A stretch of DNA of 64,000 nucleotides from Candidatus Dormiibacterota bacterium (GCA_027339635.1 DAHWNZ010000006.1:6500-70499); one strand, 5' to 3'. Counted from the stretch's first letter, positions 52,665 through 62,977 are shown. Numbers and translations are program-made. Notes: generated by a model from the sequence alone, not told the origin.

Positions 52665-53465
52665 ATGCGCCGTTTGGCGATTGCCGGTGCCGCGTCGGGA
52701 GCGCTCGCCGCCACCCTGGTACTCACGGGTCCAGTCCTGGCGAGCGGCCTCGGTGAGAAGGCACACGCCGGCCCGGTGATCTCGCTTCCTCCTGCCATCG
52801 CTTTCCTGGCGGACCCGACGGTCGCCTTCGGGCTGCTTCTGCTGGCGATGCTGGGCATTGGGGTGGAGGCGATGCACCCCGGCGGCACGGTGCCGGGGGC
52901 TATCGGAGTCGCGGCCGGCCTGCTGGCCGCGCTCGCCCTCTTGGGGTTGTCCCTGAATCCGCTCGGTTTGCTTTTGATAGCAGTCGCGGCAGGACTGTTC
53001 GCGGCGGATCTCATTTCGCCCTCCCACGGGGCCCTGAGTGTGGCTGCGATGGGGGCAGCGGTCGCCGGGGGCGTACTGATGTTCCCTGGCGCAGCCGTGA
53101 ACCCCATAGCCCTGATCGGGGCACCGGTCTCCCTGGGGCTGGTTTGGGTCTTTCTGAGCAGACGGGCACTGAGGGTGCGCCATCGCCCCTATCCCCGCCA
53201 GCCCCAGGAGCTGCTTGGGGATGTGGGAACGGTGCGGGAGTTGCACCGCGGATTGGCCATGGCGCTGGTGGATGGAGAGCTGTGGCACGTGGAGGCTCGC
53301 GATAAGGCTCCTCTGGAACTGGGCAGCGAGGTGGAGGTGCTGGCTCAGGACGGTCTGACCCTGATAGTGAGGGTGGTGGGGCTGCCTGCTCCAGCCGGCG
53401 GCGATATGACTGACCAGGTTCAGCCGGGAATTGCGGCGGGAGCCAAAGGAGGGCTCGGAGAATGA
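52665..53465 (+). CDS. nfeD: NfeD-family protein, short form (no ClpP-like domain)
   Basis: TM bundle (E..HPG..VPG..G) plus OB-fold VDGELW..GLTLIV. Confidence 0.85.
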   Translation: MRRLAIAGAASGALAATLVLTGPVLASGLGEKAHAGPVISLPPAIAFLADPTVAFGLLLLAMLGIGVEAMHPGGTVPGAIGVAAGLLAALALLGLSLNPLGLLLIAVAAGLFAADLISPSHGALSVAAMGAAVAGGVLMFPGAAVNPIALIGAPVSLGLVWVFLSRRALRVRHRPYPRQPQELLGDVGTVRELHRGLAMALVDGELWHVEARDKAPLELGSEVEVLAQDGLTLIVRVVGLPAPAGGDMTDQVQPGIAAGAKGGLGE

Positions 53466-54331
53466 GCGGAGCGGTGGTCGCGATCGTGGTGGTGCTGGCG
53501 GTGGTTGCCTTCTTGGTCCTGATGGCGTTCGCCACGGGGTTCCGGGTGATCAACGAGTACGAGCGCGGGGTGGTCCTGAGGCTGGGAAGACTCATTGACG
53601 TCAAGGGCCCGGGTCCGCGACTCATCATTCCCTTCGGGATCGACCGGATGGTCAAGGTGGATCTGCGGGTGATGGTTCATGAGGTGCCGCCGCAGGACGT
53701 GATCACCAGTGACAACGTGACCGTGCGGGTGACGGCGGTCGTCTTCTTCCGGGTGGTGGACGCTCGCGATTCTTACGTCAAGGTGCGCGACTACATGAGC
53801 ACCATCTCGAAGACGGCACAGACGACCCTGAGGTCCACGTTGGGGCAGTCGACCCTGGACGAGCTGCTGAGTCGGCGAGACAAGATCAACGCCGAACTGC
53901 AGGCGGTGATCGATGAGCAGACCGAGCCGTGGGGGGTGAAGGTGACCGCGGTGGAGGTGAAGGACGTTGACCTGCCCCAGTCAATGCAGCGGGCCATGGC
54001 GCTGCAGGCGGAGGCGGAACGGGAGAAGAGGGCCAAGATCATCCGCGCCCAGGGCGAGTTTCAGGCCTCCCAGACCCTCGCCGACGCTGCCCAGGTGATA
54101 GGGACCCAGCCGGCGACCCTGCAGCTCCGCTATCTGCAGACGCTGTCGGAGATTGGCGCCGATCAGAACACGGTTGTGGTCTTCCCGGTGCCGTTGGACA
54201 TGTTCGAGCCCTTCTTTGATCTCAAGAAGGGCCGTGCGGCCAAGAACGGCCATCGCCCGGCGCAAGCTTCCGAGGTGGTTGGGGACGGGATCGAGTCCGC
54301 GACCAGCGTCGGCTCGGAGCCCACTTCCTGA
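53462..54331 (+). CDS. SPFH/stomatin (slipin) family protein
   Basis: EYERGVVLRLG, QTTLRS.LG, PWGVKV..VEVKD, LQLRYLQTL. Confidence 0.95.
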   Translation: MSGAVVAIVVVLAVVAFLVLMAFATGFRVINEYERGVVLRLGRLIDVKGPGPRLIIPFGIDRMVKVDLRVMVHEVPPQDVITSDNVTVRVTAVVFFRVVDARDSYVKVRDYMSTISKTAQTTLRSTLGQSTLDELLSRRDKINAELQAVIDEQTEPWGVKVTAVEVKDVDLPQSMQRAMALQAEAEREKRAKIIRAQGEFQASQTLADAAQVIGTQPATLQLRYLQTLSEIGADQNTVVVFPVPLDMFEPFFDLKKGRAAKNGHRPAQASEVVGDGIESATSVGSEPTS

Positions 54332-55074
54332 CACCGGGCGGGGCCCAGGGCTGGGGGAATTCCGTCACGGCTGGGTTTGGGACCCTGCTTCTGCTTGGTT
54401 CCGGGGAGTTCGAGCCCTGGGTCGGCCAGACCGAAGTAGACCTGGTGCGGCTGGCCCGGGGCGACAAGCGCGTCTTGGTTCTGGCGACAGCCAGCGCCCC
54501 CGAGGGAGAGGCCGTGTTCCGGCGCTGGAACGAGATGGGAGTAGCCCATTACCGCAGTCTCGGCCTGACCGCCGAGGCCCTCCCGGTCCGCACCAGGGAG
54601 GATGCCCAGGAGGAGAGGTGGGCTGACGCGGTCCGCCGGTCCAGCATGGTCTTCTTCTCAGGAGGCAGCCCGGGCCACCTCAAGCGAGTCCTGGAGGGAA
54701 CGGTGCTGCTGGACGCGATAGCCGATCTGGTCGAGCGCGGCGGAGTCTACGGTGGCTGCAGCGCTGGGGCGATGGTGGCGGGCGAGGGGCTGGTTGGCGG
54801 CAGGGGACCCGCCTCGGGCGCTTTCGGGCAGGGTTTGGGGCTGGTGCCAAGCCACGTGTTCGGGGTCCATTGGGACAGTCCCATCATGCGCCCCTGGCGG
54901 GGCCTGATGGCGCGCCAGGTGCCGGAATCCCTTCATTTCGTGGGAATTCCCGAGAGAACAGCGATAGTGCGGCGGGGCTCCGGATGGGTCACCGTGGGCC
55001 GGGGGGCGGTCGACCATCGCTTCCGGGGCCTGCGGGAGTCCGTGCGCCCCCCCGGAGAGCTCCTGCTGCTGTAA
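54328..55074 (+). CDS. Peptidase S51-family (class I glutamine amidotransferase-like) protein; probable CTG start
   Basis: FSGGSP, GCSAGAM, VHWD; in-frame LLLGSGEFEPW lies upstream of the first GTG (54445). Confidence 0.75.
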   Translation: MTPGGAQGWGNSVTAGFGTLLLLGSGEFEPWVGQTEVDLVRLARGDKRVLVLATASAPEGEAVFRRWNEMGVAHYRSLGLTAEALPVRTREDAQEERWADAVRRSSMVFFSGGSPGHLKRVLEGTVLLDAIADLVERGGVYGGCSAGAMVAGEGLVGGRGPASGAFGQGLGLVPSHVFGVHWDSPIMRPWRGLMARQVPESLHFVGIPERTAIVRRGSGWVTVGRGAVDHRFRGLRESVRPPGELLLL

Positions 55075-55083
55075 CCCGCTCGG

Positions 55084-55099
55084 TGTTTCACGTGAAACA
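55084..55099. promoter_or_regulatory. parS: parS centromere-like site
   Basis: Perfect consensus palindrome TGTTTCACGTGAAACA directly upstream of parA. Confidence 0.95.
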
Positions 55100-55123
55100 C
55101 TGGGCTGCACCTATACTTCAGAG

Positions 55124-55906
55124 ATGCCTCGGCCCCACGTAATTACCGTTTGCAATCAGAAAGGGGGGGTCGGCAAGACCACAACCGCAATCAACCTCGG
55201 AGCCGCTCTTTGTGAGAAGGGACTCAGGGTTCTATTGGTCGACTGCGACCCCCAGGCCAACGCCACCTCAGGGCTGAGCGTCGACTTCAAGCGGCTGGAT
55301 GCCTCCATATACGACGTCGTTGTGTTGGGTCGACCCCTGCTCGAGGTCGCCATCCCGATCAAACACGTGCCCCGGCTCACCCTGGTCCCCGCAACGGTCG
55401 GGCTGGCGGGTGCCGAACTTGAACTGGCCGACCTTCCCCTGCGGGAGTCCCGGCTCAGGCTGGCCCTGGATGGGCTCAACGACTTCGACTACGTTCTGCT
55501 GGACACCCCACCGTCCCTGGGCCTTCTCACAATCAACTGCCTGGTGGCGGCGGACGCGATGCTGATCCCGCTCCAGTGCGAGTACTACGCACTCGAGGGG
55601 CTCACGCTCCTCACCCACACGCAGTCGCTCGTCCGGCAGTCTCTCAACCCCGGCCTCCGTCTGGCCGGCATAGTCCTCACACTCTTCGATCCCCGAACCG
55701 TACTCAGTTCCCAGGTCGTGGCCGAGGTTCGCAAGCAGTTCGGAACCCAGGCATTCGAAACGGTGATACCGCGGTCTGTGCGCCTCAGCGAGGCGCCGAG
55801 CCACGGCCTGCCAATCACCCAGTACGATCCGACCGGGCGTGGCGCCATCGCGTATCGCGCTCTCGCCGAGGAGCTGGTGCTGCGCAACTCCAAGGTGGCG
55901 GCATGA
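55124..55906 (+). CDS. parA: Chromosome partitioning ATPase ParA/Soj
   Basis: NQKGGVGKTT, D.DPQ.NA, DTPPSLG, QCEYYALEG, IPRSVRLSEAPS. Confidence 0.96.
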   Translation: MPRPHVITVCNQKGGVGKTTTAINLGAALCEKGLRVLLVDCDPQANATSGLSVDFKRLDASIYDVVVLGRPLLEVAIPIKHVPRLTLVPATVGLAGAELELADLPLRESRLRLALDGLNDFDYVLLDTPPSLGLLTINCLVAADAMLIPLQCEYYALEGLTLLTHTQSLVRQSLNPGLRLAGIVLTLFDPRTVLSSQVVAEVRKQFGTQAFETVIPRSVRLSEAPSHGLPITQYDPTGRGAIAYRALAEELVLRNSKVAA

Positions 55907-56775
55907 CCAAGCACAGAGGACTGGGGCGAGGGCTGGACCAGCTGATCCCCCCAGGGGCCCCCACTCTAAGTTCGGTGATGAGTGGGCCACCGGTTCACGA
56001 GGTCCCGGTGGAATCCGTCAAGCCTAACCCGCTGCAACCCCGCTCCGAATTCGACGAGGAATCGCTGGAGACGCTTTCCAAGTCCATCGCCGAGTACGGG
56101 GTCCTGCAGCCACTCGTGGTGGAGAGGGATGGCGATGATTACCGTCTGGTGGCCGGGGAGCGCCGTCTTCGCGCCTCGAAGCTGGCCGGGCTGGCCAAGG
56201 TCCCGGTCGTCATCCGAACAGCCGGCCCGGACAGGGCGAGGTTGGAGATGGCGTTGGTGGAGAACATCCAGCGCCGCGACATCTCACCACTCGACGAGGC
56301 ACGTGCCTTCACCAGGTTGTGCGACGAATTCGGGCTCACCCAGGAGGCGGTCGCCCAGCAGCTCGGGCGCAGCCGCTCTTCGGTAACGAACACGATGCGC
56401 CTTCTGCAGGCCACTCCGGCGGTTCAGGACGCGCTGGCCGCAGAGAGGATCTCCGCAGCCCACGCAAGGGCTCTTCTGGGGGTCCCCGACCCCCATCTTC
56501 AGACCAAAACTCTGGCGCATGTTATCGCGCGCCGGCTTTCAGTCCGCGACACCGAGCGCCTGGTTCAGAGGCTTGCGGCATCCGACCTTCCGCGAAGCCG
56601 CGCGGCGGTCGCGCCGCGGCCGGAGATAGTCGCCTTGGAGGCAGCCCTGGCCCGCCGGCTCAGCACCCGGGTGAAGATCCAACCCCGAGCCAGAGGAAGA
56701 GGCAAGATAGTCATCGACTACTTCTCGGAAGATGAGCTTGGGGGACTCTGCGAGGCGCTTGGGATAGATCTCTGA
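55903..56775 (+). CDS. parB: Chromosome partitioning protein ParB/Spo0J
   Basis: RGLGRGL, NPLQPR, GERRLRA, ENIQR, HTH; ATGA overlap. Confidence 0.96.
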   Translation: MTKHRGLGRGLDQLIPPGAPTLSSVMSGPPVHEVPVESVKPNPLQPRSEFDEESLETLSKSIAEYGVLQPLVVERDGDDYRLVAGERRLRASKLAGLAKVPVVIRTAGPDRARLEMALVENIQRRDISPLDEARAFTRLCDEFGLTQEAVAQQLGRSRSSVTNTMRLLQATPAVQDALAAERISAAHARALLGVPDPHLQTKTLAHVIARRLSVRDTERLVQRLAASDLPRSRAAVAPRPEIVALEAALARRLSTRVKIQPRARGRGKIVIDYFSEDELGGLCEALGIDL

Positions 56776-57110
56776 GGCCGTCGCCTCCCCGAGACCACGT
56801 GAATGTCGCGTGGTTTCCTCGTCTTGCGCCCCGATAGCGCGGCGGGTGAGCGCGCTGGTGCAGCGCGCTCCAAGGGGACGGCCGCTCGCGCCTTCCTGGC
56901 CCGGTCCGCCCGCCCGTCCATCCCGTGCACCCATCGGCCGAAGGGTGTCGGGTCGCCCAGCACCGGTTGGTCGACCACCTCGCCGTGAGCGAAGTCTCAC
57001 GGGAGGCGGGGGACGGTAGGGCCCCATCCTGGCGTGGTACCACTTTGGGATGCAAGCGTGCGCCACCCTCATCCCGGGACCGCGACAGCCTCTCTTCGTA
57101 TACTGCCGCA

Positions 57111-57890
57111 GTGTCCTCAGACCCCGGAACCGCGCCCGTCGCGACCCGGCCGGAGACACCCGAGACTGCGCCGGATTCGGGTGGCCGCAAGTCTCTGGCC
57201 CGCGACCTCCTGGAGGTCGTAGCCCTCGCGGCCATCATCTATCTGGTGATCGCCTTCGCCATCCAGCCGGTCCACGTCGAGGGCACCAGCATGTACCCGG
57301 GGCTGCACAACAACGACCTCCTCATCACCGAGAAGGTGTCCCTCTACTTCTCCGGACCTTCGCGCGGACAGATCGTGATCATCAATCCCCCGATCGCCTC
57401 GCCCAACGATTTCATCAAGCGCGTGATCGGCCTTCCCGGAGAGTGGGTGCGCATCGCCCCCGGGCCGAATGGCATCGGCCATGTGTTCATCTCCAACACC
57501 AAGCCGACCTCCGCCACCGGTGGGCAGGAACTCGACGAGCCGTACGTTAACGGCCCCTGGACCCAGCAGGTGCTGTGCTGCACCAATGCCGGGACCGCCT
57601 CTCCGGCTTTGCCGGCCACCGGACGGTGGGCCCACATCCCCAAGGACGCCTACTTTGTGTTGGGGGACAACCGCAACGTGTCGGAGGACTCCAGGACCTT
57701 CGGCTGGGAGTACCGCACCGGCGTCCAAGCCATCGCCATCTTCAGGTTCTGGCCGCTCACCAGAGTGGGTCCGATTCCGGTCCAGATGCCGACTCTGGCC
57801 GCTGTCGGCGGCGCCGGGCTCGTGATCCCCGTGCGCCGCCGACTTCGGATCAGGGGTAGATCCAGGCGCTCCCGGCGCGCTCCCAGCTGA
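57111..57890 (+). CDS. lepB: Signal peptidase I
   Basis: [29 protein letters not shown] 6 nt after TATACT. Confidence 0.92.
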   Translation: MSSDPGTAPVATRPETPETAPDSGGRKSLARDLLEVVALAAIIYLVIAFAIQPVHVEGTSMYPGLHNNDLLITEKVSLYFSGPSRGQIVIINPPIASPNDFIKRVIGLPGEWVRIAPGPNGIGHVFISNTKPTSATGGQELDEPYVNGPWTQQVLCCTNAGTASPALPATGRWAHIPKDAYFVLGDNRNVSEDSRTFGWEYRTGVQAIAIFRFWPLTRVGPIPVQMPTLAAVGGAGLVIPVRRRLRIRGRSRRSRRAPS

Positions 57891-58299
57891 CCAGCTCTGC
57901 CGGCGAGAAGAACAGATCTATCTCCTCCTCTGCCCGGGACGGGCTGTCGGATCCGTGGATGATGTTCTGCCCGATGTCTATTCCGTAGTCCCCGCGGATC
58001 GTCCCCGGCTGGGCGCTGGCGGGGTTGGTCGGCCCCATCATCAGGCGTACCAGGCCCACGGCATTCGGGCCCTCCCAGGCCATGGCGACGACCGGGGACG
58101 ACGTGATGAACTCGATCACAGCCTCAAAAAAGGGCCGCTCCCGATGTTCCGCGTAATGGCGCTCCGCCAAGACCCGATCCACCGACAGCAACTTGAGGCC
58201 AACCAGGTGTAGCCCGCGGCGCTCGAACCGGGCCAGGACCTCCCCCACCAGCCCACGCTGGACCCCATCGGGCTTAACCAGCACCAGAGTTCTCTCCAA
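57850..58299 (-). CDS. ndk: Nucleoside diphosphate kinase
   Basis: [32 protein letters not shown] after AGGAGGAG. Confidence 0.97.
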   Translation of the reverse strand: MERTLVLVKPDGVQRGLVGEVLARFERRGLHLVGLKLLSVDRVLAERHYAEHRERPFFEAVIEFITSSPVVAMAWEGPNAVGLVRLMMGPTNPASAQPGTIRGDYGIDIGQNIIHGSDSPSRAEEEIDLFFSPAELVSWERAGSAWIYP

Positions 58300-58337
58300 C
58301 TTTGTCTCCTCCTGTCCTACGAATTCGCTGAAGCGGC

Positions 58338-59648
58338 CTAGGTCGCGAGAACCGCGCGGGCCGCCTCGGCCAGCTCTTCCTGCCCCTGGCCTGGCCCGAC
58401 GCCGGCCAGTCTCCACCCGCCCTGGTCTAGCAGGCCGGCTGCCACGGATTGGACATCCGCACCAGATACCGAACGTATGTGCGCCACAACCTCTTCAGGT
58501 GCCAGGATGGTCCCGGTGAGCAGCAGCTGTTGACCGAGGAACTCGCTTAGGGCGCCAGCGCTCTCCATCTGCAGCAGCAGACGTCCTGCCAGCTGATCCT
58601 TGGTCCGCTCCAGGTCGCTTTGCGCAAGGGCCGAGTCCGCCAGCTTGCGAACCTCCAGAAGTGCGGCGCGTACGGCGGTGGCCGCCCTCTCCGGTTGAGT
58701 GGCGACGTAGATCGCCATCGCGCCGGTGTCTCTGTGCCTGGTGGTGAAGGAGTGGACGTCGTACGCGAGCCCTTGGCGCTCGCGCAACTCCATGAATAGT
58801 CGGCTGCTCATGCCGTCTCCCAGGACCGTGTCCAGGACGTCCAGCGACCAACGGTCGGAGGCGAGATATGAGGAGCAGCGGCAACCGATCAGGAGATGGG
58901 TCTGCTCGCCCCGGCGTCGCCTCAGGCGGACCTTCAGATCGGCCTCCGGGGCCTTCGGAGAAGGCCCCTCGAACCTCGATCCGTCCTCCCTCGCGGCGAG
59001 CGTCATGATCGGCTCCAGCCGGCGCTGCACCGCCCCCAGCGCTGCCCCCTCGTCGAGTGCGCCGGCGACTACCACGACCAGCTGTGATGGGTGATAGTTC
59101 GAGTCCCGATAGGTACGTAGCTCCCCGGCGTCTATGCGGGCCAGGGAGGCCTTGGTCCCGCTGGGATCCCGTGCCAGGGGATGGGTGCCCCAGATCAAAT
59201 TGTCAAACGCCATCTGCGCCAGCTCCTGAGGCTGGTCCAGATACATGCCCAGCTCCTCCAGGACGACGCGACGCTCCTTGTCCACCTCGCCGGGCTCGAT
59301 CAGGGGTGCGAAGACCAGGTCGGTGAGAACGTCCACCGCCAGCTCCAAGCGCTGCTCGGGGACCTTGGCCCAGAAGACGGTCATCTCCTTGTCGGTGCTG
59401 GCGTTGAGGACTCCGCCGACACCCTCGATGGCCTCCGACACGGCCCTGCTGTCGCGGTACCGCTCGGTCCCCTTGAAGACGATGTGTTCCAGGAAGTGCG
59501 AAACCCCGGCGATTCGCCGGGGCTCGGACCTGGAGCCCACCCCCATCATGTACGACACCGAGACCGAGTTACGCCCGGGCATGGGCGCCAGCACCAGGCG
59601 CACTCCGGATGGGAGTCGTAGTTCCCGCCAGCTGGTTGAGAGTGCCAA
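58338..59648 (-). CDS. M16 (pitrilysin) family zinc peptidase
   Basis: HFLEH inverted zinc motif, NAST.KE, GMSSRLF.ELRE..GLAY. Confidence 0.92.
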   Translation of the reverse strand: MALSTSWRELRLPSGVRLVLAPMPGRNSVSVSYMMGVGSRSEPRRIAGVSHFLEHIVFKGTERYRDSRAVSEAIEGVGGVLNASTDKEMTVFWAKVPEQRLELAVDVLTDLVFAPLIEPGEVDKERRVVLEELGMYLDQPQELAQMAFDNLIWGTHPLARDPSGTKASLARIDAGELRTYRDSNYHPSQLVVVVAGALDEGAALGAVQRRLEPIMTLAAREDGSRFEGPSPKAPEADLKVRLRRRRGEQTHLLIGCRCSSYLASDRWSLDVLDTVLGDGMSSRLFMELRERQGLAYDVHSFTTRHRDTGAMAIYVATQPERAATAVRAALLEVRKLADSALAQSDLERTKDQLAGRLLLQMESAGALSEFLGQQLLLTGTILAPEEVVAHIRSVSGADVQSVAAGLLDQGGWRLAGVGPGQGQEELAEAARAVLAT

Positions 59649-59649
59649 C

Positions 59650-60252
59650 CTAGGATGCCTCGATCGTGTGCTGCTGGCGCTCGGCCAGGGTGATCGCGTA
59701 GCCGACGTCCAGGGTGGCGGCGTTGCCTTCGATCTGGATCCCCGCCACCACGTTGGCCTGGCGCCACGCCACCACGAACGCTTCGTAGCTCGTGCCGTTG
59801 AACTGCTTCTGCAGCACGAATCCGACGGCGCCATCACCGAGGCTACCGGTCGAGATCTGGGTCCCCCCGGCCGTCCTCGCCTGCTCGGCCACAATTCTGA
59901 GTCCCTGGGCGGCACCGGAGTCAGTCCTGTAACTGGCGGCCGAGCTCTCGATAACGACCGGTCCGATGGCCTCTTGGGGACTGGCCGCTCGCTCGAAGTC
60001 AGACTCATATCCCGTGATGCGACCTGCTCTTGCGAGCTCCCGCTCCACCACCTTGCTGCCGGCGGCAGCCCTCTGGTTGGAGTAGGTCCCGGACGAGGGG
60101 GAGCCTGTCTCCACTTGGAAACCTGGATACGGGATCTGCCCCACGGTCAGCACCAGGTCCTTGACGGGCCTATCTATGGTCTGCGAGGGGTGGGTGCCGC
60201 AGCCCGCCAGCAACACCCCCGCGCTCGAGGCCAGAGCCAGCCCCACCCTCAA
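59650..60252 (-). CDS. Hypothetical lipoprotein
   Basis: Lipobox LLAGC. Confidence 0.7.
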   Translation of the reverse strand: MRVGLALASSAGVLLAGCGTHPSQTIDRPVKDLVLTVGQIPYPGFQVETGSPSSGTYSNQRAAAGSKVVERELARAGRITGYESDFERAASPQEAIGPVVIESSAASYRTDSGAAQGLRIVAEQARTAGGTQISTGSLGDGAVGFVLQKQFNGTSYEAFVVAWRQANVVAGIQIEGNAATLDVGYAITLAERQQHTIEAS

Positions 60253-60278
60253 TCGTCGCGAACGGGGGAGTTCCGGTC

Positions 60279-60980
60279 TCAGCTCCGACCCGTCCCACCC
60301 GCCGGGGACGCTCCTCCCTGCTGTGGCCTGATGACCACCCTGCGGCCCTCGTCAACCCCAGTGCTCTCGGAGGTGACGCCGGGTACCGACGCCAGGGCCA
60401 TGTGGACGGCGCGACGCTCGTAGGGAGGCATCGGGTCCAGCATCACGGTCCGCCCGCTCCGCTGCACATCAGCCGCCAGCCGCTGTGCCATCTGGGTCAC
60501 GGTCCTCTCCCTACGCTCGCGGTAATGGGCGACGTCCACGATCACCCGGGATGTGCCGCCCGGGGCTCCATCCTTGCTCAGCATCAGGTTCACAACCGTC
60601 TGCAGAGCCCGCAGGGACTCTCCGCGCCACCCGATGAGAACCCCGAGGTCGGATCCCTCCACCTGCAGGGCAAAGGGGCTGCCCTCAGCGGGCGAGGACC
60701 CGTCCGGCTGCGACGGTCTTGTGATCTCCACCTCAGCGTCCATGTCCATCAGGCGCAGGAGGTCTTGGAGATGTCGCCGGGCGGCCAGCACCTCATCCGG
60801 GATCACATGTGCGCGGACACACGCCTCGGCCGCGGTGATTCGTTCTCCGGGGACGGCCAGCGCTCCCTGGCTGACAACCTCCACCAGAACACTCTCCCGG
60901 GGCACCCCCGCCTGGGCCAGGGCGCGCGCCACAGCTTGGTCCACGGTTTGTCCGCGCGCCTCGATCACCGGTTCACTCAT
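60279..60980 (-). CDS. jag: RNA-binding protein Jag/KhpB
   Basis: Jag_N, KH (LIGWRG), R3H (ERRAVH); position after yidC. Confidence 0.93.
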   Translation of the reverse strand: MSEPVIEARGQTVDQAVARALAQAGVPRESVLVEVVSQGALAVPGERITAAEACVRAHVIPDEVLAARRHLQDLLRLMDMDAEVEITRPSQPDGSSPAEGSPFALQVEGSDLGVLIGWRGESLRALQTVVNLMLSKDGAPGGTSRVIVDVAHYRERRERTVTQMAQRLAADVQRSGRTVMLDPMPPYERRAVHMALASVPGVTSESTGVDEGRRVVIRPQQGGASPAGGTGRS

Positions 60981-60998
60981 TGATAATCACTCGAGAAT

Positions 60999-62270
60999 TC
61001 ACTTCTGGCGAGGGCGCCGTCTGCCACTGGGGCGAGCATTGGGGTTCCTTGACAGCCCCGGCCTGTCGGCCGTCCCGTTCCCGGGCGGGGCGGGCAGGGA
61101 TCCGTCCACCTTCCCGTTGGGCCCCTTCGAATCCACGCCACCTGGCCGTCCCGGGCGGCCGTTGGAGCCCTTGCTGGCGCTCTTATCGGTCGTGACGGGC
61201 TGGGATCCGTCCACCTTCCCATTGGTCCCCTTCGACGCCACCGCTCCTGGCCGCCCCGGGCGTCCGTTGGAGCCCTTGCTGGCGCTCTTATCGGGTCCCC
61301 CGGGCTGGGCCGGGCCCCGTCCCTGCACAAGGTTCCTGGAGCCACTGCTCTGGAGTTGCCTGCCACCCACCATGCCTGAGGCGTAGTCATCGGGGAACTG
61401 GGCCCGAAACCGGCCCATCGGGGAGTTCGCGGGATACCATCCGGCCCCCGGAACCCAGGAGGGCATCCGCAGCCCGCCCCAGCCCATCATGGTGTACACC
61501 TGGATCACCATGATGGCGCTCTGGGTGATCCAGTAGAGCCCGACACCCTGATAGAAGTTGAGAGCGAAGACGGCGATGAGGACCGGCATCAGGTAGGTCG
61601 TCTGTGACATGACCCGGTACATCTGCCGCTCTGACTCCGTCATGTCCGGCCGGGCGGGCTGCATCATCATCTTCGACTGCATGAAGGTCAGGACCCCGGC
61701 CAGGATCGGGATGATCAGCAGAGCCGGGTGGCCGATGATCCCACCCTTGACCTTGAACGCGACGTCGCTCAGCTGCGGCACCCAGAGAAAGCCACCGTGG
61801 GCGTTGTGGGCCTGGGACAGCTTTTGAATCGCCCCATACAGGGCGTAGATGAAAGGCATCTGGATCAGGAGCGGCATGCAGCCGGAGAGCTGCCCCAGAG
61901 GGTTTATGTTGTGGCGCTTGTAGAGCGCCATCGTCTCCTCGTTGAGCCGGGTGCGGTCCTTCTTGTACTTCTGCTGGATCTCCTTCAGCTCCGGGCCGAT
62001 CAGCCGCTGCTGGGCCTGGATCCGCCACTGCGTCGAGATCTGCCACCGGAAGAGGGGAAAGAGGATCCCGCGGATGATGACCGTGATGGCGATGATCGCC
62101 ACCCCGAAGGCTCCGATCGCGGCCGTTGGCCCAAAAGCCTGAAAGACCGTATCCAAAAAGTGCAGGGCGATCCCGACCGGGGTCAGGAGGATGTAGAAGA
62201 AGATCGCCTCAAAGGGGTTGGACGGCGGCGGCGCCATCGGGTTTACGAAACCCAGCACCTCAATGCCCAT
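60999..62270 (-). CDS. yidC: Membrane protein insertase YidC with extended basic repeat tail
   Basis: GVAII..T..IR..LFPL, PELKEIQ.KYK, GCMPLLIQMP, LYW. Confidence 0.93.
   Translation of the reverse strand: MGIEVLGFVNPMAPPPSNPFEAIFFYILLTPVGIALHFLDTVFQAFGPTAAIGAFGVAIIAITVIIRGILFPLFRWQISTQWRIQAQQRLIGPELKEIQQKYKKDRTRLNEETMALYKRHNINPLGQLSGCMPLLIQMPFIYALYGAIQKLSQAHNAHGGFLWVPQLSDVAFKVKGGIIGHPALLIIPILAGVLTFMQSKMMMQPARPDMTESERQMYRVMSQTTYLMPVLIAVFALNFYQGVGLYWITQSAIMVIQVYTMMGWGGLRMPSWVPGAGWYPANSPMGRFRAQFPDDYASGMVGGRQLQSSGSRNLVQGRGPAQPGGPDKSASKGSNGRPGRPGAVASKGTNGKVDGSQPVTTDKSASKGSNGRPGRPGGVDSKGPNGKVDGSLPAPPGNGTADRPGLSRNPNARPSGRRRPRQK
61097..61294 (-). repeat. Imperfect tandem duplication (105-nt period) in the yidC 3' end
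   Basis: DKSASKGSNGRPGRPG...KVDGS encoded twice; GGGATCCGTCCACCTTCCC at 61097 and 61202. Confidence 0.9.
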
Positions 62271-62502
62271 GGGCCAGATCCTCGGGCAGTGGGACGGGGT
62301 CGTACCCGCCCTCGTGGAAGGGGTTGCAGCTCACGATCCGCCGGATCCCCATGATCCACCCTCGCCTGAACCCGTAGAGCTGAATGGCCTCGTACGTGTA
62401 ATGGGAGCAACTGGGCTCGTAGCGGCAGCCTCCCACCAGGCCGAGTATGGGACTCAGAGCGACCTGGTAGAAGACGATGAACCAGAGCGACAGCTTCTTC
62501 AC
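62260..62502 (-). CDS. yidD: Membrane protein insertion efficiency factor
   Basis: YQ..LSP, CRYEPSCS.Y, CNPF..GGYDPVP; GTGA overlap. Confidence 0.95.
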   Translation of the reverse strand: MKKLSLWFIVFYQVALSPILGLVGGCRYEPSCSHYTYEAIQLYGFRRGWIMGIRRIVSCNPFHEGGYDPVPLPEDLAHGH

Positions 62503-62834
62503 CTGGCGCGCACCTGCAGGCGGTTCAGGTTGTTGGCCAGAGATGCCTCCAGATCCGAGAACCGGCTCTGGGCGCCCTGCGGAGTGGGGATGAGCACGAT
62601 GTCCACCGCCTGCAGGCTGGGTACTTCGGCAGCCGCCGCCATGAGCAGGCGCCGCCTCACCAGATTGCGCTGCACGGCACATCCCAGACGTTTGCTGGCG
62701 GATATGCCCACCCGGGGGTGGCCGACATCGTTGCCCCTGACCTGCACTCGCAGCAGCCGGTCTCCCGCGGTTCTCCGCTCCGCCCGCACCCGCTCAAAGT
62801 CAGCGGAATTACGGAGCCGGAAGCTGCTGTTCAC
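62499..62834 (-). CDS. rnpA: Ribonuclease P protein component
   Basis: RL...[21 protein letters not shown]. Confidence 0.93.
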   Translation of the reverse strand: MNSSFRLRNSADFERVRAERRTAGDRLLRVQVRGNDVGHPRVGISASKRLGCAVQRNLVRRRLLMAAAAEVPSLQAVDIVLIPTPQGAQSRFSDLEASLANNLNRLQVRAR

Positions 62835-62977
62835 CGCACCGGCGCGGGCGTCAGACGCCAGCGACCCTTGAGCCGTCTGCGCTTGAGCACGCGGACACCT
62901 CCTGGGGTCGACATCCGGGCGCGAAACCCGTGCACCTTCCTCCGGTAGCGCTTCTTGGGCTGATAGGTTCTCTTGAT
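62831..62977 (-). CDS. rpmH: 50S ribosomal protein L34 (ATC start; absent from ORF track)
   Basis: (M)[51 protein letters not shown] 7 nt upstream. Confidence 0.95.
   Translation of the reverse strand: MKRTYQPKKRYRRKVHGFRARMSTPGGVRVLKRRRLKGRWRLTPAPVR

Noticed and set aside
57010..57050. T-box-like TGGTACCACG on the minus strand
   Set aside because: Antiterminator helix incomplete, no specifier stem, no downstream gene on that strand
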